Source: Phoronis australis
Lineage: Eukaryota; Animalia; Phoronida
Length of the DNA stretch: 64,000 bases
Assembly (NCBI GenBank): GCA_002633005.1
Contig: NMRA01000009.1
Span: forward strand, 1,334,761 to 1,398,760
Direction of reading: 5' to 3'
Shown here: positions 1 to 11,100 of the stretch, piece by piece
Layout: each line of letters opens with the position of its first letter
Position numbering within the stretch: the stretch's first letter is position 1
Notes under the pieces: generated by a model
The model's input: only the letters and a program-made list of their open reading frames with translations
The model's database searches: none
Told to the model about the DNA's origin: nothing
Translations under genes and position numbers: made by a program

Positions 1-1667
1 CAGAAACAAATTTCTACTTGGAACTTTTCCTTCATAGTCACGAAGTAACACAAAGTATACACCTGAAGACCTATGAAAATACAGAAGTCAATGTAAAATA
101 CTTAAATTGCCACTAGAGGCATACCGGTAGTCAGAATCATCCTAAAGTCGTCATCGTCCGTAGTCAACATAACATAAATACACTTGCTAAATTTAGTAAA
201 GATCCTGCAAACGGTTTGGGAGATACAGCCATGGGCGCAAAAAAAACTGCCACTAGGAGGCGCCACAGTAATCAAAGTCATGGTAAAATCAGTGTCAACC
301 GTCCTCTTCATAGTAAGAACATAAATGCCCATTTTCACAATCATACTTAGAGCGGTTTGATTGATAGAGGAGTGGACGCCAAAAAACAGACTCAAAAACA
401 GTAAAAATGGCCACTGGGTGTTGCAAAGTAGGTCGAATTCATTAGAAAATGGGAGGATAGCGTCATCGCACTAATAGGTGCCTACATACCTAATTTCATG
501 AAAATCCGTTAAGGACTTGTGAAGATACAAAGGTAAACGTAAAAAAATAAAATTGCCACTAGGGGGCACACTGGCAGGCGGATCCGTCCAAAAGTCGTCA
601 TAGTCTGTTGTTAACATCATATAAATACGCTTACTAAATTTCGTAAAGATACTGCGAACGGTTTAGGAGATACAGCCATAGACGCAATAAATGCCACTGG
701 GAGGCGCCACAGTAGTCCAAATCGTCTGAAAATCATTGTCAGCTGTCTTCTTATAGTAAGCACATACATGCCAATTTTCACAGTCATCCTTTGAGCGGTT
801 TGGTTGATAGAGGGGTGGACGCAAAAATACAGACTCGAAAACAGTAAAAATGGCCACTAAGTGGCGCAAACTATGTCGAATCCATCTGAAAACGGGAGGA
901 TGCGTCATCTCACTAATAGGTGCCTACATAACAAATTTCATGAAAATCCGTTCAGGACTTTTGAAAATACAAAGGTAAGCGTAAAAAAATAAAATTGCCA
1001 CTAGGGGGCACACCGGTAGTCGGATCCGTCCAAAAGTCGTCATCTTCCGTTGCTAACATCATGTAAATATACTTACACAATTTCGTAAAGATCCTGTGAA
1101 AGGTTTAGGATATACAGCCATAGGCGCAAAAAATAACAAAACTGCCACCAGGAGGCGCCACAGTAGTCGAAATCGTCGGAAAATCATCGTCAGCCGTCCT
1201 CTACATAGTAAGCATATACATGCCAATTTTCACAGTCATCCTTTGAGCGGTTTGGTTGATAGAGGGGTGGACGCACAAAAAACAGACTCGAAAACACTAA
1301 AAATGGCCACTAGGTGGCGTAAACTATGTCGAATCCATCTGAAAACGGGGGGATAGCGTCATCCCACTAATAGGTGCCTACATACCAAATTTCATGAAAA
1401 TCCGTTCAGGACTTTTGAAGATACAAAGGTAACTTGAGCGTAAAAACCTAAAATTGCCACTACGGGGCACACCGGTAGTCGGATCCGTCCGAAAGTTCGC
1501 ACATGCCGTCCCATTCATGAATGGAACATAGTGCCAAATTTCATGAACGTATGTCAAAGGGTTTTGGAGATAGAGCAGCGGACGCCGGACGCCGCCCGGA
1601 CGGACGGACGGACGGACGGAGATGACGGCATAATGCGTCCACATATAAATATGTGGGCGCATAAAAA
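1..1667 (-). mobile_element. Non-autonomous Helentron/HINE (DINE-1-like) element with ~445-460 bp higher-order internal repeats; truncated by the window start
   Basis: Read on minus, the end is TTTTTATGCGCCCACATATTTATATGTGGACGCA (terminal hairpin), followed by a (GTCC)n microsatellite (~1597-1620) and then tandem ~150-bp subunits grouped in threes (periods 446, 442, 459 bp). Confidence 0.75.
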
Positions 1668-3224
1668 TGAAGCATAACATTCTGCTGTATGTACCTTATC
1701 AAAACTTAAGACCAATTAATACTGACAATTAATAAAAGTAACATAAGACACTGTTACCTTGGCCACAGAGCATAAAATAAGTATGCAAATTTTCATTCGA
1801 ATTGTCGACTCAAGCACCGTTGCATAGAGAAACCGTTGTGCAAAAGTGCTAAAAGCTTCGAAACTAACAATGGCAGATTTGCCACCGTGACGTAATCCTT
1901 AAACACTCCTCCCACATTTGGTCCATGAATAATGAAATTGAAAATATGAGTAGCAAAGATTAAATAAGATAATTTTATACACTAATGGAGTACAGCGTTT
2001 TCGGAAAAATCCATGGTTACAATAATTCTGAAGTGTTAAAGTAGACTATGAATTTAACCGCTTCAAACTTGTTATACCTTAGCAGGTAAGCCAAATAAGA
2101 TGCAACCCATTTTCTCCAACAACACATGCAAGCACAAAATTAAAATTTACATGACCTTGCTGCCTTAGTTTGGATTTCTTAACTTTTAGGACTCCTAAGG
2201 TGCACTAGATTCCATTTCTCAACACTTCACCCACGGCTTCAATCGCATCATGATCTAGTAATTTTAACACGCACAAACTCAGTTTTCAATATGTCTATAT
2301 TTTTCTCTGAAGCACAACACAAAAGTAAACAGATAAAATACCGTTTACCAATGACGTAATAACAAGTAGGTCGGCAAAATTACAGAATGGCTTACCAACC
2401 TTACTAACGTTCCTGTTAATTTCCCTTCATTCTCGGTCATGAGGGAAGCTTACTTTGACGATGAATTCCGCCTCCGCCATGAGGGGAATTCCCGGACATT
2501 ATGTTTGAATACTTTTGGCTGTATGACACTGTTGGTATGGCACACACATGCAGAGGGGTATTTTCATAAAAACATATTCATATTCTCGATTCATTTTACC
2601 AAGTGAACGCAAGGGTAACATAAAAGACGCAGCGTCAGAACTCTACAGGCCTACATGAACACACCAATTCCAAAATGTTCGGTGAACTCGCCTTGTCAAC
2701 TATGTCAGACTACCTTTTCAAAGTTTTTGACAAATAACGCTCCCCAGTATACCAGCTCATCGACATGCAGTTGTATAGCATTTAGTTCTTTGAGAAAAAA
2801 CAACAGTACCATATAAATATATTCCACCATAAAACATTACACAAATTTCATTTTTCAACACTTGACTCAATGGTTCAGTTGCACCAGTTTGTGCGTTGGC
2901 GTGCTTATTCTAACACTCAGTTTTGATATGTATTTTTTTCTTTGATGCAGAACTGCAGATCATTTTTATTCTCAACTCATTTTACTAATGCAGTGGTATT
3001 TTTGATCCAAGAAAGACATACCATATTGCCGCTGATGGGTCTATATCCGAAATGGTGCTTTTTTGTGCCTTTTTGAGCAAGTGGTTCACATATTGGAGCA
3101 TGTGCCCAAGTTTCCGATATGTGCAATTGACCTATCGCCAGGATTTTGAATGGCAGCTTAACTGACCATATAGAACTCATCATTCTTGACACACCTTCGT
3201 TTCTAAGCAGCCGTTTTACCCGAC

Positions 3225-3269
3225 AAACAACACGTTGCCAAACAACACGTTGCCAAACAACACGTTGCC
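3225..3269. repeat. 15-bp tandem repeat x3
   Basis: (AAACAACACGTTGCC)3. Confidence 0.9.
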
Positions 3270-4544
3270 GGTAAAACTTTTTGTTTGTTAGTCGACATTA
3301 CGCAAGAGGGCGGAGCTTGTGATAGGTCAATATTCCGCACTGACAGCAATGGACCTAACTTGATGGCACAGTACGGTAGGAGGACCAACACTTCGGTAGG
3401 CCTACATAGGCATAGTATTTCCAAAAACATTCCATAAACTCAGTTTGTTAACTTGGTCCACCTTTTCCATATTGTGAGGTGAGAAGCGAGGACAGCCTAT
3501 CAAGGCTAAGGTACGAGTCGACGCCAGGTTAAAAAGAAAAAAGATGGTGTGCTGCATCAAGGCACATCTTCGGTCCACTACACAGCCGCCTGCAGGCAAT
3601 TGTTCGGAAAACCCCTTACCATTGGCTCAGGTTTGCCTTATAGTAGGCCACTTTTGATGCAACAGAACCCAGGCATAAAATAAGTTACGCTCGGTTCTTT
3701 CCGGTTTTTATACCTTTCTGAACTGCATGTCCGAAATTGGTTAGAAACATGATCCTACTTTTAGCTTATTAGCTCACTGTAAACTAAGTCAATTGATGTT
3801 GCCCCTTATCATCTAGTGCACAGGTATTCAACCAAATTCTCAACAGAAATAGCCTTAAAACTGAGAGTGGTATTGGAATAACGGAAATTGTAAATAATAA
3901 AACAAACCAAAGCACTCTATGGAAGACACTTAGCGAAATTGAGAGCTAAATGAAGATGATGATTTTGATGAAAAATGATGACAAAAATTATGGGGAACAC
4001 AGACACTTACACTAAAACTTGGAGAAACTGAATGAAAAATAATGGTGGTGGTGGTGGTGGTGGTGGTGATCATGAAACAGCCTTGTATGGTAGATGGTAA
4101 AAAACAAAAGTACAGGAAAGACTCAATTGTCAGAAAATCTTTAATAACTTGAAAACAGCAAGTTGTAGTGAAAATGAAAGCAAGCCATTGACCTGATATA
4201 CATACTACCAAATGGAGCTACAGCTCTGCAAAACAAAAAAAAATCAAAAGTGGGTGTCACAGCGCCATCTGGTGATCGATTTAAAAAAAACAACATGTCT
4301 TGAGCTATTGACCATTTTTTGACCTGACAAGTATTGTGATGAGAAACAAAGAAAAAAAATAAGACAGGGTTACAGGCTTAATTAAAATTTCACCCAGTTA
4401 TAAAAACACAAAAACAATTTTTGTAAAAGTATTACTGTCATCTATTCCTGAAGACACTAAGCTTCTATGTGTACAGAATGTTTCATATTAAATACAGATA
4501 AACAACTGTATGAACTCTAACCGCGGCTAAGAGATGAGCAGTTG

Positions 4545-5100
4545 CTAACACCAGTATATCACCACCAACCACTGAATTCACTCTCTACTGATGTTTCAGA
4601 GGTCAACTTTGTTAACACTCAGTATATCATAACAGTACCACTGAATTCACTCTCTGCTTCTGTCTCAGAGGTCAAGTTCGTTAACACCAGTAGATCACCC
4701 TGGTACAACTGAATTCACTCTCTAATGGTGTCTCAGAAATCAACTTTGTTAACACCAATGAACCACCATGAATGACTGAATTCACTCTTTACTGGTGTCT
4801 CAGATCTCAACATTAATTGTCAACACCAGAAAAATCACCACGGTCTGATTGAATTACTCTCTACTGGTGCCTCACATGTTAACTAGTCATCATTCCTTGA
4901 TAACAGTATATCATTACATTTCCACTGAATTCACCCCTATTAGTGTTTCAGTATTCCTTAACACAAGGTTACGACCTTTCTATGACAATTCATGTCGTAC
5001 TGGTGCCTTAGAGGTAAACATTCATCAACACAGGTGGGCCACCATGGTCCACATGAATTGACTCTCTGTTGGTGCCGCAGAGATCAAATGGTTAGCACTC
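4545..5100. repeat. Degenerate ~65-70-bp tandem repeat just downstream of the DDX24 stop
   Basis: Recurrent TTAACACCAG..CACC..ACTGAATTCACTCTCTACTGGTGTCTCAGAGGTCAAC, about 7-8 decayed units. Confidence 0.75.
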
Positions 5101-5134
5101 ATTTCATTGTTGTCAAGCTGAAATCCGTCACTCC

Positions 5135-8100
5135 TCAATGCCTCCTTTTCTGTTGACTATTTTGAGACAGAGTGCTGATGGCATCGGCACTCCCACCTAT
5201 CAAACATGACAGTTTTAGTAATTATACGCCAGAATACAAACGACGGAGCAATAAATGGGTAACGCAACAATTTATATGTCACTTTGACTACAATCACACA
5301 GTCCACGGCTATGTTGGAGAGACATTTATCCGGAATAAGAACTGTTCCCATGGTGTGTTTAACTATCCACGCAACAGAAAGCGACACTAACGCCCGAACA
5401 AAAGCCCGTATCTTCACTCAAAATTCACTTCCGTTCAGCAAACACAAATGACCAACACCGACTGTGAATGACTTTGACATGACGTTTGTTCAATGGAAAT
5501 GAATGCAAAAGCAAGACGCAGGTCTTTACCTGGCCTGTTCACAACACTTTCTATTGTTCCATCCATACACATGACATGACCCGGAAAAAAGTACTTAACG
5601 TCGAAAAAATGTCTCTCCAAGATGGTATCTGTACTTTTAGCAAAATTATAGCTTTTACCCTTGAAATGTGAGGGGCAAATGAAGTCATTGTCAGTTAAAA
5701 TCGACCGAGTTGTTGTTAAATACTAACTTATAAGGCCACACTGTCAATATCCTGTTAAATACACGTAGCTGAAACTAATAAAAAAACTTGATCAAATCCC
5801 CACAACATTTCACGTTAGTTTTTTAATGTTAGTTCCCCACTTGTTAGAAACTATGGTGCAAACAACTTCAAACTTCAATAAATCAAAGACAACTTCAATA
5901 TAGGACAACAATTACTTTGAATACTCATGATGATAGCTAAGCTGTTTCCAATGGTAGAAGCCAGATAGAAAAGTCCTGATAAACCCGAGAATAGAACGCA
6001 TAGGCCATAGGCGTAACGAGTAGACACTTTAAGTGGCGTTATCGGCAAGAAAAGCTGTGGTTTTCTAACATCAGCCCCAATGCAGACTTGAAACCACAAC
6101 CTCAGTAGCCACAGTTCAATAGTTTCCTGGCAAAGCTAAATAAACCCCATTCCACAAATGGTAAAGTATTTTAAGCAACTACTTAACTTGTAAAGTAACC
6201 AGCCCTGATTTCAACGAATGACTGGCGAACACCGTCGAGAATTGGCAATTTGTAATAAAATGATAAAAACAACAGATTTTGTCATTTTATTGCTCTGGTC
6301 AAACCCCAATAACTTTACATAGCCTATCTCATCCAAAAATGCAGTTAAACCGCTCGTGTCCCACTGTAGCATGTATACTACAACTGAGGCTCACCCGATT
6401 ACTTTGTGCTAGTGAGCACGTTTACAATTTCATTGAAAGCCTAAGGGGAAGTTTGCAAACAGAAATGTCCACTAGCAGTGACACCTACCTGAGAATGATG
6501 GCACCACAAGCTGACCTGACTGAGTTGGATACTTCCCCATGAATCGTCGAGACGCCAGACTTTGTTTCAACAATGATTTCATCTGAGCTCGAAGTTGCTT
6601 CACTGTGTGCCGGTGAACTGATTGTTCTTGACTGTCTCCCAAGTCATGCAATCTGACCCCACACTAAGGCACACAATATGTCCGACAAACCCACAACATT
6701 AAGACGGCAGCCTATCGGTGCTGTACACACTGTATCAACTTTCTTACTTGCTTTATATTTGGATTGGCTTTTTGACATTACAGTAATTTTCTACTAGATC
6801 CTTATTATACACTCGAAAACATGTGAAACTTTGAAAACAAAGCTGTGAAAATGTGAATGGTATGTAAATAGCCTGGTTGAATGAAAATTTGTTGGGAAAA
6901 TCAGTAGACAAGGATACAATTGCTGGTCATCCGTTATATCTACGTCCATTTCACGAGCTGCTTTCAGGAACCAATCATTTTCATGCCGTCTTTTGTTGGC
7001 CCGGTGTTCTTCCACGTCAATCTTGCGGGCCAGCGTGACCCTGACCTTCACGGCCGCCATGACTTCATCCACAACAGGGAACATTGGAAGATCATCCTCT
7101 GCAAACAGCGAATGCAGATTAGTTTAATGCAGAAGTGGTTCACACATGAACATCCAGTCATCATGTTGAGTGTAAACAACCAACAGAAACAAACCACCTG
7201 CCAGTGACAGTGATGTTTAAACAACGATACCTTAGTGAGAACATTTGACTCTGATCAAGCCCTTGATGTAAGCGTATAGTTTCTACAATGTGTTGAGTGT
7301 GGGCAACAGCTAAGCACATCACAAACTGACTTGTCAATCACTCTGCGCACTCTACATGTCTACTGATTTCACCAATTTCTTAATAGCAACAGTCCTACAC
7401 TTGACCATCTACATAAAAGAGAGGTCGTGGGATTAAAATGACATCACGACAAGGAATCCTCAAAGATTTCAGAGTTATCAGAATCTGACACATTCTGATT
7501 TCACTAGGAATCGATAGTTTTCCATGATGTAAACACGCATTTCACTGAGTTATTGCCACTTCTGCTGTTTACCTGTTTATCATGAAAGTAAGTCTTTAAT
7601 TGCATATTTTCATTTCATTTTTTCTAAAACCATTTAGTTTGTCAGACTTCCTTTCTCATCATGAACCCATAGCAGAACAGTACTACCACGGAAATCAGTT
7701 TATCCTGAATAACCTTACAACTCCCATCATATGAAATTTTGTCAGAGGTCCATTTCTTATTTTTTACAATTACACCAAGGAAACCCACTTGATGACAAGG
7801 CAAATATCTATCGCAACATTAATACCCTTCGGGGAAACTACAACAGACAGTGTTGCCCCTAGGAGCCATTTATAAATGTATGGGACTATCCAGCAGTGAG
7901 GTAAATTTTGTATGACAAAGTTAAGTTACTGTCTATTGTCACATCTTGGCCATTTATTTCAAAAATTTTTCAACATGAGACCGTCAGCGCCCTCTGTTGC
8001 AAGACAATAACTTTCACTGGATGGTTCGATGCTTAAATATTTTACTATTATCTAACTTCCAAGTAATAACTGCTTTCAGAACTTGAGGGCGATCATGTGT

Positions 8101-11100
8101 TGCCGGACCCAATTGATTTATGGTGAAATGGCATGTGACAGGTGTTGCTCTTTCATAAAATTGTTGAGGTTTGGTAATTTTTGACACCATGACCTTTGTT
8201 AAAGAGCAACAAGAAAAAAGACGATTTTTGTATTGCACCACACTCCATAGGGACTTCTCTTAAAATAGAGAATAAATGACAAAAATAGTATATATTTGGC
8301 TAAATGTACAGACTGGTAGTTAAAGTTCTGCAAGACCTTGAAACCAAAAATGACTCGTATTGACTATTATGACAACAAAATAATAATCATTTTGTCTGTT
8401 CAGAATACTTTTGGCATGTATTGCAGCTTTAAACTAAATTTTCTAAACATGAGATGCTGATAGATAATAACATTAAATAACTTAAAACATTTAACGCAAA
8501 AGTGATAAATAAGAAGTTTTTGAATGCATCAATTGAAACTGCACACATAAAAAATGTTTTGAAATATGGACAACAGGTAACCTACACACCCCTATGTAAT
8601 GTGTGTAGAATCTTCCGATAATTAGTCATGTCCTCTTGTCCCACCAGAAGCACACTAACACCATCTTTCATTGCTCGTGCTGTACGACCGCTTCGGTGGA
8701 TATAGTTCTAGGGTAAACAAGTATACTAAGATGAAACATCACACAAAACACTTTAGGCATTCGAAACACAAATTTGCCGATTTCCCCTCATTAAACTGGT
8801 CTGAGACATACTCGATATTACTTTACATAAAATTCTGTCACTATTTAATATTTACAAAATGTTTCAACAATAGCTCAGAAAGCACACAGTCTCAAGCATT
8901 AATAATGAATGCTTGAAACCAAATCACTTACACCAATAATGAAAGTGAACCCTGAAACTTGGATCATCGTATGGTAGATATTAATGCATGCTACTACAAC
9001 GTATGGTGGGTATAAATGCATGGTACTGCAATGTACAGTGGATATTAATGCATGCTACTGCAATGTATGGTGGATATCAATGCATGGAACTGCAATGTAT
9101 GGTGGATATCAATGCATGGAATTGCAATGTATGGTGGATATCAATGCATGGAACTGCAATGTATGGTGGATATTAATGCAAGCTACTGCAATGTATGGTG
9201 CATATTAATGCATGCTACTGCAATGTACGGTGGATATCAATGCATGGTACTATAATATATGGTGGATATCAATGCATGTTACTGCAATGTATGGTAGATA
9301 TTAATGCATGCTACTGCAATGTATGGTGGAGATTATTGCATGCTACTGCAATGTATGGTGGATATTAATGCATGCTACTGCAATGTATGGTGGATATCAA
9401 TGCATGCTACTGCAATGTATGGTGGAAATTATTGCATGCTACTGCAATGTATGGTGGTTATCAATGCATGCTATTGCAATGTATGGTGTATATTATTGCA
9501 TGCTACTGCAATGTATGGTGTATATTATTGCATGCTACTGCAATATATGGTGGATATCAATGCATGCTATTGCAATGTGTGGTGGATATTAATGCATGCT
9601 ACTGCAACGTATGGTGGATAATAATGCATGCTACTGCAACGTATGGTGGATATTAATGCATGCTATTGCAACATGTGGAGGATATTAATGCATGCTACTG
9701 CAATACATGGTGGATATTAATGCATGCTACTGCAATGAATGGTGGATATTAATACATGCTACTGCAATGTATGGTAGTTATTAATGCATAGTATTGCATT
9801 TTTTTTGCACACAGACAACAGCAACAGCCTCCACTATGAAATTGTGAGCTACAACAGCTGGTAGAACTAACCTCACAAGTCCTCGGGACTTGGTAATGTA
9901 TCACATGTTGAACATCTGGGATATCCAAACCACGAGCCGCAACATCCGTTGCTAATAGCAACCCTTTTTCATTGGCTGGAAGGCAATGTATAACAAATAA
10001 GTCTTTAAATAAAAAGTATTCCATACACAGTAACAAATCGCGAATCAATTCCCAAAGAATGCTACATCCTTGTATCACTTTACATCAGTACTCTATCCTG
10101 TTTGGTCTCCATGAATCCATGTTTGTCTTATTTTTTGTTATCAAATAAGTCTTTAAATAAAGTATTCCATACACAGTAACAAATCGTGAATCAATTCCCG
10201 AAGAATGCTACATCCCTGTATCACTTTACATCAGTACTCTATCCTGTTTGGTCTCCATGAATCCATGTTTGTCTTATTTTTTGTTATCACTCAAGTAAAT
10301 CCCAGTAACAACTTGTTTTGGTAATTAATAGTATTGTGCTGTATTGCACAGCAGTTTTTCTTCTGTTTGTACTCTGTAGATGAGGGCTTTCTTGGAAAGC
10401 AACATGGTCACTGAAGAAGTCACCACTTTAAACAACAAACTTACAAGTAAACCGCTCAAGGTTCTTCAGTCTTTGTTTCTGGTGCATGTTTGCATGGAGT
10501 GCCAGTGGCTCCCTCTCCAGAATGGTGAAAATGGAAATAAGTCGACGTATACAGTCAATACTGTTGGCAAATACAAGCGTTCTTCCTGGATAGCGAAGCA
10601 GGAAATAGTAAAGGTAAAAATCCTGAAAAAGACGGACAATTGTTATTAAATGTAGATTCTTGCCAAACACATTTCTTCGATGCTTGACATCATCAAACTC
10701 CACTTGAGATGATAATCGGCTAATAGCACTACATAAAATTTGAAAGAGTGCCATGTAATGGTCAATTTTCAAGTGGAGTCTTTGGTCTAGTCCCCGAATC
10801 TTGTAAATCCTCTTATGCATTAAACAAGTGCTGGTCAATAATGGCTATCCAAATGATTTTGTTGAAAAAACAATTCCATATTATCCAAGTTTGAATCTCA
10901 GTTAGAAATAACACAAGGTACCACAAAGACATTATATTACAGAAATCAAATGAATGATAATTATGCCTAGGATTAAGAGATTACAAAGAAAATCATTAGT
11001 GACAATGTCACTGTTAATGAAAACAACAACAGGCTTAGAATTATTGCATACTACAAGAACTTGAACCCAAAATACTTTCTCTGCCAGGAGAGTAGCATAT

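Noticed and set aside
102-1680. Short ORFs within the left-end repeat
   Set aside because: Incidental frames in a non-coding tandem-repeat element; no Rep, helicase or transposase motifs.
8984-9656. Overlapping Cys/Trp/Met-rich ORFs; superficially CRISPR-like 32-bp periodicity
   Set aside because: Head-to-tail minisatellite units with no unique spacers and no cas genes, inside a eukaryotic intron.
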